This document shows positions 1 through 11,659 of a DNA stretch of 64,000 bases, piece by piece. Position 1 is the stretch's first letter; each line of letters begins with the position of its first letter. Both the position numbers and the translations under genes were made by a program. Source of the DNA: Cladosporium halotolerans (taxonomy: Eukaryota). The notes beneath the pieces are model-generated. The model made no database searches, was not told the DNA's origin, and saw only the letters and a program-made list of their open reading frames with translations. The stretch spans positions 372,001 to 436,000 of the forward strand of contig NW_027191467.1 of assembly GCF_011745625.1 (NCBI RefSeq), read 5' to 3'.

Positions 1-174
1 TGGTCAGAGGTCAACGGCAACGCCGCTGGCTCGGCCAAGAAGCTGGCACAGCAGAGCAACGGCACCAACACACCGAGCAGCGCTGCCGGCAAGAGGACGC
101 CGATCGCTCGCCGCGAGGGCGTCAAGGATAACAAGGTCGCGTACATCTTGCTCTACGAGCGTATCCGCTCTTGA
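1..174 (+). CDS. 3' end of a ubiquitin C-terminal hydrolase (USP family, Ubp3/USP10-like), partial
   Basis: Frame 1 reads ...GVKDNKVAYILLYERIRS*, matching the terminal AY(I/L)L(L/F)Y motif of USP catalytic domains; stop at 172-174. Confidence 0.7.
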   Translation, partial: WSEVNGNAAGSAKKLAQQSNGTNTPSSAAGKRTPIARREGVKDNKVAYILLYERIRS

Positions 175-1356
175 AAGCTTACTGCAGCTTTGGAAAATGG
201 AAGAAAGAGGGATGGCATGACTCGAAGCACTCGGATCATGACTCCCGGATGATGATGATGAAGAAGCTAAGATCGTCAACGACACTCCGCCGTGACGAGG
301 CTTTTTCCGCCGCAATGGCAAACACACGCTACGCAGAGGAGAGGACCAGCGCCGTCCCACGCTCGTGGGGAGGAGGCACCAGTTGGATGGGATGTGCGGG
401 AAGTGGTTGATTGGTGGATAGAAAATCAAGCATTCGACGGCTGTCAAGATGGCAGTGTGCTGGTGGAAAGGTCCTGTAGTAGAAGTGTAAGTAGGAGACT
501 ATGCCATCTATCTCTTAAGTAGAGATGGGAAGAATGTATAATATTGATTGACAATGTTATGTTGATGTTGCATCAAAACTCAGTTTTAAAGGTCACTTCG
601 TCCTGCTATATTCCGTCAACCGGTATTTTTACCTACGCCCTGGCCCGTAAGATATAGAGGTGGTCTCCTTCGGGAACAACTAACCACGATCTGGAGGAGC
701 AAACAGGTGAAGATGCTCGACTGCCGACTTCCGGATTTTAAACGTCAGCGTTGTCGCTGTCCCGAGTATTGCCCTGAGACCTTTTCCCGATCACTATGCT
801 GTTGAATGACAGGGCGAGCGAAATCCGGGGTCAGTCTGTTCGTCTCATCCTCGACGTCGCCAATACCACTTTCTGCTTTTCTACTCGATCACACACGTGA
901 CGCAGAAATAAACATCCAGATCTGTCTGCCCAGGCCCTTGCTGACCTCGTGCTCTCATCTTTCCCCGCTTCAGCTCCACCTCGCCGGCCGAAGCCTAGGT
1001 ACTCATGGCACCTCACACCGTATGCCGACGAGCCCTACGACTGCCCTCCTTTGCCCCGTGTAGCCGCGCCGCTGGTGGATGAGTACTAAGTAGTAACAAG
1101 GAGATATTTCCGCGCTTCGCCAATGGTGGGTCCTGCGATTCCTCTGACTACCTGTTTCGTTCCGTTGTACCTTACTAAGCCCTGACGTCCCATACCTACT
1201 TCACCTGTATAATAGAAGTGCAAGACGGCCGCACCGCGTGCGATTTTCTAACACAACCAGTCTGACACGCTACTCCTCGTCCTTTCCTCGATCAAAGACT
1301 TCTTCATCGCCCCGCCGTCGGACCAGAACCGCTTGCGCGTCCTGCCTCAGCCCAAA

Positions 1357-2462
1357 ATGCCTATGAACGCCGAAGAGCCGCTGACTCTCGTGCCGGACGA
1401 GTCGCGGCCGAGCGTTGGGGTTGACGATGGGCAGAAGTCGGCGGGCGCTTCGAGGTTCAATCCGAAGTTCACGGATGCGGTGATTGCGGCGACGGGCCCG
1501 AAGGCCAACAAGAGGCTTGCTCAGGTCATGCCCAGCTTGCTGAGGCATTTGCACGATTTTGCGAGAGAGAATGAGATTACGGTTGATGAGTGGATGGCTG
1601 CTGTCAATATGGTGAGACTTACACCTTTCCTGCAGCGTGTTTGACATTCAGTCTGCTGACCTCCCTTCTTGTAGGTCAACGAGGCCGGCAGGATGTCCGA
1701 CGAGAAACGCAACGAAGGCCAGCTCTTGCAAGACATCCTCGGAATGGAAACTCTAGTAGACGAAATCACATACACCCTCGCCAACGAAGCCCAAGACCAA
1801 CCCACCGCCACAGCTGTGAGATCTCTCTCATCCCATCTCCCCAACCCACCCTTCTCTAACCGGCCCAGATCCTTGGCCCCTTCTGGCGGCACGGCGCCCC
1901 CAAACGTAACCTCGGCGACTCCATAATCGACGCCGACCAAGGCGGCGACAAAACCCACATGCACGGCACCGTCACCGACTTCACGACCAACAAACCCATC
2001 GCCAACGCCGAGATCGACGTCTGGCACACCGCTCCCAACGGCCTCTACGAGCAGCAGGACCCCTCGCAGCCAGACATGAATCTGCGCGGTCGCTTCTACA
2101 CCGACAGCCAAGGCCGCTACGACTTCATCTGCTTGCGTCCCACCTCCTACCCGATCCCCAACGACGGGCCAGCGGGAAAGTTGCTGGGCTTGCTGGACAG
2201 GCATCCGATGCGGCCAGCGCACATCCATTTTATTATCAGTGCGGACGGGTATAAGCCGGTCGTGACGCAGATTTTCGACAGGAAGGACAAGCATATTAGC
2301 GACGATACGGTTTTTGCGGTCAAGGATAGTTTGGTGGTGGATTTCAAGCCGTTGGAGGGGGATCCGAGGGCGAATTTCGAGCTGCCGTATGATTTTAAGC
2401 TGGCGAGTTTTGAGGAGGCGAGGAAGAGTGGGATGAAGGGTGCGACGGCTGTGGCGCCTTGA
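1357..2462 (+). CDS. Intradiol ring-cleavage dioxygenase (catechol/hydroxyquinol 1,2-dioxygenase family), 3 exons
   Basis: Introns 1612-1674 and 1816-1868 give ..HLHDFARE..EW..ILGPFW..DVWH..G.YEQQD..RP..YPIP.DGP..RPAHIHF, including the 2-Tyr/2-His iron ligands. Confidence 0.9.
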
Positions 2463-2590
2463 GGGCGTAGGGAGGAGGAGGAGATGGGTTTCTGTGGGCT
2501 ATTGAGGGTTGGCGTGGTGAGGTGTATGGTAGGGAGCAGGGTTGCTATTAGTATGATTACTTCCAAGTTGGAAATGTTCGATTGATATGA

Positions 2591-3685
2591 TCAATCGAAC
2601 GAGACACGCCGACCACTGTCCTGGCTCTTGTAAAGCGCGTCGACCCATTCGTGTCGCTTCACAGCCCACTTCCAGTCAGGGTACCACTCCCCGTCTGCGA
2701 ATGCCTCATACAGCCTCCCGATATTAGCCGCCGGCCCAGATTGATCCTCCGCCACATCGACGTCTTTGACTTCGCCCGTAGCAAAGTCCTGCAACCTGAC
2801 TTCCACGCCACCGGTCATACTGATTGCAAAACAACTGTCCCCACGAACCTCGAGAAGGCCTTTGTCGCCCTCGATCCGCCACACTAGCTTGGAGTCGCCT
2901 TTCATCAGCCCGCGGCCATTGAAAACTACCGTAGACAACGCGCCTGATGTGAGCAATCCCGAGATCGCCATGTGGTCCGCCGTCGTGCGCTTGATAGTCC
3001 GCAGCGTCGATCCGTCAGCCCCCTTAACAGCCACATCAGGGAACTGCGTCGACAGCGTCGCAGACACGCTCTGCAGCTCTCCCAGCGCATAGCTCACGCT
3101 ATCATACAGATGGCCAGACGGAATGACAAGCATGTTGCCGCCCGTCTCGGCATCGTTCAGATAGTCCAGGGACTCAAAAACTTCCGGCCCGGCCAGCTCA
3201 GGCATGAAAGCCACAACGCTGCTGCTAACGACGCGGCCAATCGCGCCCTCGCCGACGAGCTGCTTCACACGCCGCGTCACAGGGCTCATGACGCCTTGCA
3301 AGCCGATCACCGTTTTCACGCCCTTGCGCTCGGCGAGCTCGGCGAGCTCAGTCGCCTGCGCGAGGTTGGAGCCCAGCGGCCACTCGACGAAGCAGTCTTT
3401 GCCCGCCTCGAGCGCGGGCTTGATGGTCTCGTAGTGGCGGTCGACACGGACGGTGCAGACGACTAGGTCGACGTCGGGGCTGGCGGCGAGGTCTGCAGGG
3501 GATCCGTATGGTTTGGCGGAGGGGAGCTGGTGGGTTTTGATGGAGGCTTCGGAGGAGGCGAGGGTGGAGTTGCAGACGCCGGCGATTGTGTATTTTGAGG
3601 AGGATTTCAGGTAGGGGAGGTGGGCTTTGACGGACCATGAGGAGGTGCCGGAGAGGCCGATGATTCCGACGCGGAGAGGTGCCAT
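2591..3685 (-). CDS. Gfo/Idh/MocA-family NAD(P)-dependent oxidoreductase (Gal80-like)
   Basis: 364-aa intronless ORF with a Rossmann start LRVGIIG, HLPYL, DVDLVV..V.V..H and GK..FVEWPLG motifs. Confidence 0.88.
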   Translation of the reverse strand: MAPLRVGIIGLSGTSSWSVKAHLPYLKSSSKYTIAGVCNSTLASSEASIKTHQLPSAKPYGSPADLAASPDVDLVVCTVRVDRHYETIKPALEAGKDCFVEWPLGSNLAQATELAELAERKGVKTVIGLQGVMSPVTRRVKQLVGEGAIGRVVSSSVVAFMPELAGPEVFESLDYLNDAETGGNMLVIPSGHLYDSVSYALGELQSVSATLSTQFPDVAVKGADGSTLRTIKRTTADHMAISGLLTSGALSTVVFNGRGLMKGDSKLVWRIEGDKGLLEVRGDSCFAISMTGGVEVRLQDFATGEVKDVDVAEDQSGPAANIGRLYEAFADGEWYPDWKWAVKRHEWVDALYKSQDSGRRVSFD

Positions 3686-4791
3686 TGTGGTTCAAAGATG
3701 GGGTTCGCGGTGTCACTAGCGATGCTTGATCTTCTTGAGCGAATGACCTTCAATGGCGAGAGATGGTTTAAGATTTGGGTGTCGGTTGGCTTTGCTTTTG
3801 AGCTGGACCTGAACTAAAGTTCGCTGATATAAGTTGATTGTGAAGTTTGGATTACAAATGTACGGAAACGGAAGACATTTGGGGGGCCGTTCTGCGTGTC
3901 ATTTCACGTCATCATCCAACTCATCTCATTGAAGAGTGAGTGTACAGCACGCAAACTATGTGACTGGCAGCGATTGGCTGGCATGGAGTTTCTAGCGGAC
4001 GAATGGCTGGTTTTGTTCCCCCTACTATAGGGCAAGGTGAATTGGGGAGATGACCTCTGTACCCGGACTGCCGAATGGCTGAAGTTATAACTTATCTCGC
4101 TTTCGAATCGCATGTAGTACGAGCGAGGCCGTAACACGTCTCCCGGAGGCAGCTCAGCATGGTCGCCTCTCACCTCCGCGGTAAGTGAAGGGCCACGGGG
4201 TTGACAAGTTGTGGCCTCAGGCTGTCATAGGTGGATCTCGCACTTGGTGTTTGGAATCGTGTGAGCGGATCACATGACGAAGCCCAGCGCCGAGCACAGC
4301 ATCTGGCCCGTGGGCCGCCATTGATGACGAGGTATTTGCGGGGCGAGACTGGGGAGGCGGAGAGGAGCTCGGACGGCTGGTGTCTCGTGTAGTCGCTGAG
4401 GTACCGAGTACTGCACCTCCTCTTTAGCTCCCCAAGCTGCTCTACCAAGGCATCGCCTCACGCACGCAGACGCTCTCGCTCGCCGCCGCCCAGCTCCAGC
4501 TGCTGCATTCCCGCCCCCGCTCACGCCACACGACTCTGCACGCCTCGGAGCGCTCGTGCCTGCCATCCGCCCGTCGCTTCTGCACCCGCCTACATCCAGC
4601 ATTGTCGACCCGCGGCGTCACCCGCCCTGCATTTGGAGAGCTTAGACTCCTCCCTCACCTGATTCGCTCCCTGCCGCTCCTCAGCAAACATCCAATACAC
4701 TCGTCCGCGCTGAGGCAAACACACATACGTGTATATACACATCGCTACGCTCCACAACACAACTCCTCCGCCGCACATCAATACCGTCACT

Positions 4792-6073
4792 ATGTTCTCT
4801 CGCCGTCTCGTTCAAAAGGCGAGCACCCTCACGCCCACCACCTCCGCCGTCCGCCCGTTCTCCACCACCCAGTGGGTGCAGAAGAGCCCGGCCCTCGCCG
4901 ATGTCACCCCGGACAACGCCCACGTCTTCGACCAGCGGACACAGCAGTTCCGCAAGGAGAATGCAGAGCGAATCCGTCGCGAGCGTGAGCAACAAGAGAG
5001 TCAGTCTGCGTCCGCTAAAGCGTCTGCCGAGGCTAAGCAATCCTCCCTCAACACTGCTTCTTCCAGTTCCGCTGGTGGCCTTGACTCACAAGCAGTAGGC
5101 AAGAACACCGCCACCACCGCCTCCGAGAATGACCCCAAGCAGAAGAAGGTCGGATCGGGCCCGTTCTCGAAGCTGATCTACGGCACCGAGGAGGGCAGGA
5201 AGATGGACCAGGATATCGAGCGCAGCTTTTCTCAGGTGCTGGCGCGTGGCAAGTACGTCCACAGCATTGTCTTCCACGAAGTCAAGCCGGACAAGGTAGA
5301 CGAGTACGTCGAGCTTGTCGGCAAATGGTACCCGCGTATGGCGAACATGCCTGAGAACAAGGTATGTTTTGCGCATCTCCCCGCCCGTCGGGAAAGCATT
5401 TTCTAACGGAAAAACTTCAGGTCAACCTCGTCGGCTCCTGGCGCACCGAAGTCGGCGACTGCGACACCTTCTGCCACATCTGGGAGTACCAGCGTTACGC
5501 CGGCTACCACCAGTCGCTCAATGCCATTCAGCACCACCCCGAGTTCCCTGAGTTCGACCGCAAGCTCAAGAAGCTCATCCACGCGAAGCGCACCAGCCTG
5601 ATGCAAGAGTTCAGCTTTTGGCCCACCACCTCGCCGAGGAAGCTCGGCGGTGTGTTTGAATTGAGGACGTACACTCTGCACCCTGGTAACCTTCTTGAGT
5701 GGGAGCACCACTGGCGTAAGGGCCTGGAGGCGAGAAGGGAGGTCATGGAGGGAGTCGGAGCTTGTAAGGATATGAAATGTGCTGTCAGTGGTTGATGTGA
5801 GATTGCTGACTGGGAAATGTTGCAGGGTTCGTGCAGATTGGCGCGTTGAATGAAGTCCACCACCTCTGGCAGTTCCCCGATCTCGAGGAGCGCAGGGCCA
5901 GACGTGAGCAGAGCTGGAGTGTGTCTGGGTAAGTTTTGGTTGGCGCATTTTGTAGTGAGAAGCCATACTGACATCCTCGCAGCTGGGCCGAGACCGTCCA
6001 CCGCACCGTGCCTCTGATCCAAGAGATGAAATCCCGTATCATGGTCCCCATGCCTTGGAGCCCTGTCGGTTGA
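4792..6073 (+). CDS. NIPSNAP-family protein, mitochondrial, 4 exons
   Basis: Arg/Ser/Thr-rich presequence; LVGSWRTEVGD..HIWEY, FELRTYTLHPGNLLEW and VHHLWQFPDLEER motifs; introns ~5362-5420, ~5764-5825, ~5928-5982. Confidence 0.9.
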
Positions 6074-6804
6074 GCACGCAGCTACGACGATGCTGCTTGC
6101 TTGGCAGGAGTCGAGACGCGGTAGCGCGTGGATAACCAGGAGGCCTGAATATACAGGCGGGGAAGCACGCGTCGAGGAAAGAGAATGTCAACCCGGTGCT
6201 CCCTGTCACAATAGCTTGCTTTCGAGTGCAGGCTCATCAGGGTGGTGAGGAATGGAGGTGGACAGCGTACAGTAACTTGCATAGGGTGAAATGAAGCAGG
6301 ATGGAACCTGTCTTTCGGTTGACCAAATTACATTGTGACTGCAGTCATTCTTCTTCAGCATCAGAGCCCGTAACGTATCAAAGCTCCGATCGTTATCTTG
6401 GGCTAGAAGTAACCGCGGCGAAGCACAGGAGCCCGCATGTGCATGTGAAGATGCGAAGCTTCAATCCGAAGTCAAAAAACCCTGGCTACGTCATTGGCGT
6501 CGCCCGACTGCCAGAGCCTCCCACAAAACAGCAAAGCAGGAAACGCGTGCCCGCAAACTTCGCGTTTGTGAAAACAAATCACACCCTTGTCCTTCGTTGC
6601 CATACCGTCTCGGGAAGCTTGTTGACAGGCGAGTGTCTCTGTCACTCTGATACGCGAATAAGGCCTCTGTCTTTGCTTGTACGCGCCTTGTGCGACTCCC
6701 ATTTGCGAACACGTTTCTTAAATCGCTTGCGCTCTTCCCACTAGGTATCTCGGCAACCTCTGCGCGTAAGAAATTCTGATTGTACAAGGGGAAAGCCAGC
6801 AAAA

Positions 6805-8309
6805 ATGGTGTACATTCGCCAGTCCCAGCTTCCTAAGCTGAAGGAGTACAAGTACTCATGTACGTTCACAATGAACGGGCTGCTCTCTTCGTCCCGTTAC
6901 TTGACGAGATAAAACACCAGAGCAGCCACCTCTTGTATCTTATGTACCAGGCTAACATGGAATCCAGCCGTCGACCACAGCTTGCTGTCCCGCTACGTGC
7001 TCAAGCCGTACTGGTGGAGTCAGGTCATCAACATCTTCCCCATGTCTATGGCGCCCAATGCCGTGAGTGCCGCATATTATGTCTGCGGAGGGTTGCTGAA
7101 TTGACTTTCGACGAACAGATCACACTCACTGGATTTGCTTTCGTGCTCATCAATGTTGCCACGATGCTATACTACACTCCGAACATGGACCAGGACTGCC
7201 CAACGTGGGTTTACTGGTCTTGGGCTATTGGGCTCTTTCTGTACCAGACTTTCGATGCGGTGGATGGATCGCAGGCGTATGCTCATACCACAACTTGCTT
7301 CTAAGCGTAGGAAAAGGCTGATGGATTGGACAGTCGACGAACAAAGCAGTCGGGCCCGCTGGGCGAGCTTTTCGATCACGGCGTTGACGCGCTCAACACG
7401 AGCTTGGAAGTCCTGCTTTTCTCTGCCGCCATGAACTTCGGTCAAGGCTGGAAGACGGTGTTGGTGCTCTTTGCATGTGCGTTGCACCGCTGTCTGCCTT
7501 CACAGAGTCTCTGACTAACAGCTCTCACAGCCCTCCTCACCTTCTACGTCCAGACATGGGACGAGTACCACACTCACACCCTCACTCTCGGCCTTGTGTC
7601 CGGCCCCGTCGAAGGAATTCTGACCCTCTGCATCGTCTACGGCATCACAGCCGTCAAAGGCGGCGGCAGCTACTGGCAACAACCCATGCTCCCCACCATC
7701 GGCGTCCCCGAGATCTCCGCCCTCCCCAAAGCCGCCTACACCATGGACTTCGGCGATTTCTACATGCTGTACGGAGGGCTCGTGCTCGTCTTCAACACCG
7801 CCGAGAGCATCCGCAACGTGCTCAGCGCGCGCCGCGCCCGCGGCGAGCCCGCGAACGAAGCCCTGCTCGGCCTGGCGCCGTTCTTCGGCGCCTGGGCGCT
7901 CATCGTCGCCTACCTCGCCCTGCACCCGGAGATCCTGCACGCGCACCTCGTGCCCTTCGTGCTGCTCGTCGGCCTCATGAACGCCTACTCCGTCGGCCAG
8001 ATGATCACCGCCCACCTGACCAAGTCGCCCTTCCCCTACCAGAACATCCTCGCGCTGCCGCTGCTGTTTGGCATCTTGGACACGCTGGGGCCGATCCTGC
8101 AGGAGCGTGTTGGGCTCGGCTGGCCGTCGGCGCTGGGGTATGGCGTTTACCAGGTCGCGTTCATGTTTTCGTGCTTGGGGCTGGCGGTGGGTGTGTATGG
8201 GAGCTTTGTGGTGGATGTCATTGTGAGCATTTGTGATTATTTGGACATTTGGTGTTTGACTATCAAGCACCCGTATGTGGAGGAGAAGGAGGGCAAGAAG
8301 GCGAATTGA
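6805..8309 (+). CDS. Choline/ethanolamine phosphotransferase (CDP-alcohol phosphatidyltransferase, CPT1/EPT1 family), multi-exon
   Basis: LKEYKYS-VDHS, APNAIT and the DAVDGSQARRT..SGPLGELFDHGVD signature after splicing; multiple transmembrane segments. Confidence 0.92.
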
Positions 8310-8694
8310 GTGCGGTGAGGCGGGTTGTTGGTGGTTGATCCAGATCTGGCGTGGAGGTTTTTAGGCTGTGGCGTAGAATGTAGACTAGACTTTACGAGAT
8401 AAATGTGTTATTTGTTAGATGATCAACTGCTGACTGCTTTCTATGCTTCCGTGCATTGGACCATTGAACAATACCAAGTGCCAATGTTTGTGGGTCGTGT
8501 AGCATCCCTCCATCCGAGGTCGTGGGGCAGGTTGGTGGCTTGAAATTCAAAGCCCAACTACACACCGTAGCAACAATTCTCTACGCAGTATTACCGAATC
8601 AACACCTGTTTCGGGCCATTGTCCACTTCCTATACATACCCAATCACCCTAAAAGAATCAAATCCCCACGCCTCATGCGTCACAACAACATCCA

Positions 8695-9829
8695 ATGTCC
8701 GCAGACTTCTGGGCCGGCTACCTCAGCGGAGCCGTGGGCATCATAATCGGCAACCCGCTCGACCTCATCAAAACTCGCATCCAGGCCGGCGAGCACCCCC
8801 ATTCCCCCTCCAACCTCCCAAGTCACCCCACCGCCACAACAGCCCACTTCGACCGCCTCACCTCCCTCGCCCGCGGCGCCGCAGCCCCCATCCTCGGCTA
8901 CGGCGCCCTCAACGCCCTGCTCTTCGTCACCTACAACCGCAGCCTCGCGCTCCTGGCCCCCGAGAACCAGGATCCCAGCGCAGCGAGCATCTGGACCGCG
9001 GGCGCGCTCGGCGGCCTGGCGAGTTTCGTCGTCTCGGCGCCGACGGAGCTGGTCAAGTGCCGGGCGCAGGTGGCGAGGCCGCCGCGGAGCTCATGGGCGG
9101 TCGCGAGGGATGTTTGGAGTAGGGAGGGATTGAGGGGATGGTATAGGGGAGGGGCGGTCACGGGAGTCAGGGATGCGGTTGGGTATGGGTTTTAGTAGGT
9201 TTGAGATCTTTTCTTTGGCTTCTCTTGATTTGTGTTGGTTTTTGGAGAGTTGTGCTGAGCGTGGTGTTTCTGGTGCAGTTTCTGGAGCTACGAGCTGTCG
9301 AAGCGGTACATGCTGGCGTACACGTCTGAGTCGTCGGCGGCGGCGGGCCAGGAGATGACGCAGACGCAGGAGGCGCTGGCGGTTTTGCTCTGTGGCGGGC
9401 TGGCGGGCGTGGCGACTTGGGTGTCTATTTTTCCTCTAGGTGGGTGACTATCGGCTTCCAGAGCTACCCTCGGATGAGTTGGCTGAAACTGGCTTCGCCT
9501 GCAACAGATGTCATCAAGACGCGCCTGCAGACATGGGACCTGCACCACGCTCCCACATCAGAGTCGCAGCCTCTCCTCTCAGAGCAACGATCTTCGAGAC
9601 CAAGTGCATTGAGCATAGCTCGCAGTGCCTACCGGAATGAAGGCGCTGCGGTCTTCTTCCGGGGCATCGGGATTTGCAGTGCAAGGGCTTTCGTTGTAAA
9701 TGCGGTTCAATGGGCTGTGAGTTTACATTGCCGCTCTTGTTATGATGGTAGATACTTACATCCGTGCAGGTTTACGAATGGATGATGAAGACGCTTACGA
9801 TGGGACAGGAAGTCCCGATCACTGTTTAA
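8695..9829 (+). CDS. Mitochondrial carrier (SLC25; carnitine/basic amino acid carrier-like), 4 exons
   Basis: Three PX(D/E)XX(K/R)XR signatures: PLDLIKTRIQ, PTELVKCRAQ, PLDVIKTRLQ; introns ~9195-9278, ~9440-9507, ~9717-9769. Confidence 0.9.
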
Positions 9830-10175
9830 ATGGGTCTGGGAGCTGAAGAGAATAGAGCATAGAACGATAGACATCCTACGAAGGGAATTCAAGTAGATCA
9901 CTCGCATGCATAAGTACTGGCAAGGGACTCCACCTGATATTCAACAGGGATGATTCTGACGTGTGAAATCACTAATGAGCCAGAGATGTGTGGTGTTGAT
10001 CTGTCAAACATCAATTCTCGATTCGTCTATTTTTCGTACAATCATCCTCTTTCTCGAGACTCGATCGGCCTTCCGCATTGAAGCCAGCATTGAATCGCCG
10101 CAGACTCATCTGGTCCTACAGACACAACTTTGTAAGCCATAGGCAGCTCCAATACAACAATCGACGTCTACTTCC

Positions 10176-10578
10176 TTACTGGCTGAACCCGCTCTCGCCC
10201 TCCTTCGCTGCAACATCATTCTGGTCGACCTTGCTAACTTTGGCGGCCGGCGGACCACTGTTCAGGTGCTGCACAAATTGGCTCAGAGAGCTTTGATCTC
10301 CCTGAGCTTCACCACTCACCTTGGTAGGAGGTCAGCGACATGAACAACAAGCGCCAAAGTTGCAATCACTCACGCTCCCATCGCTCGCATTCTTGACGTA
10401 GCCTGTCAAGTTCAGGCCTTGTGCCTTCTCGACGGTGAACTGCCGGAAGCAGACACCCTGCACTTTGCCCTCGACCTTGAACTGGATCTATAATGTGGCG
10501 AAGTTTACATCGTCAGCCTTTGTAGTCCAAATGGAATGCTACCATCACGTGGCGCGGAGGACGCACTCTCTTCGACAT
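10176..10578 (-). CDS. Acylphosphatase, 3 exons (absent from the ORF track)
   Basis: Spliced: [70 protein letters not shown]; carries the VQGV.FR and G.V.N..DG.V signatures. Confidence 0.92.
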
Positions 10579-11659
10579 GATTCTGACGGCGGACGTTGTG
10601 AAGTGGCGCATATACAGGTATCAATGGACGGGGATCTCGGGTTTCGGCGAGAGTGGGATGACCTTCGGTGGCGGCTGTGCGTTGGAGGAGCTGCTCGCGT
10701 GAGAGGGTGGGTTTGAGACAGCCATGTGGGATCGACGGCGTGCCTGACATCACTGGCTGTCATGTGCTGTAGGGCCTTGGTCGTGTTGTTCTTTGCTGTC
10801 TACTCGCTGGCAGTTGGGTCGAGACATGATTACGTGCTGTGTCCTATAGCAGTCTCGAATATCTCAATACGAGAGGTGTGGGAATGCCTGGTTCTTGAAG
10901 TGTTTCTGAGCCCTACAGCGAAGTCTCTACGACACGAATCGAACGCGACCTTGGAGCTTCAGCCTCGGTCGACTTCGACCCACACACCAGGACAAGGGCG
11001 CGGAACCCTGGACGCCTCGCGCCGCCCGCGCAAATTAGCCTTTGTCCTCACGCCCGTGTTGACAATTTACCCAAAACAGTCGCGATAATCTACGTGCTGC
11101 AGCGGGCCGTCCACAAGCAGCACATCAGGCCCAGCGCCCCTTGAAACCGAAAGCACGACCGCCGCGGCAACGCAATCGCGGGCGCTCGAGACATGCAGGA
11201 AAACGAAATTCGTAATATCGGTTCGGTCGCAGGCCTTGCGTAGCACATTTGTAAGGCGGATACTCACACGTGTCCGCGATCGCAGCTCGATCCGAATGCA
11301 AGGTGTGCCATGATGCTCGTCCTCTGAGCCCTCGTCGCCGGCCGGAGAGCAGCAGACCGGGAGGAAGGGCTTCGACTTCCGAGGGCCGTTGGAAAGGCAG
11401 GCTTCAACTCGCAGCACGCTACACGCCACACTACACCGAGCTTGTTCATCCTCCACATCATCTCCGCCTCCTGAAGCCGGCAGGGCTGGCCGAGTCTGCA
11501 TTTTGTTGCTTTGCGAACCAGTTCTGTTACTGCTAAGCCAGGGAGTTCGTTCTACATCTGCTTCAGAATTGTCCGTCGAAACACCAAACCCCCACCTCCT
11601 GGCTGGCATCCCAGCTTTTCCTGCGTTTCCGACCGACCCCTCCACGCACAGAAGTAGCC

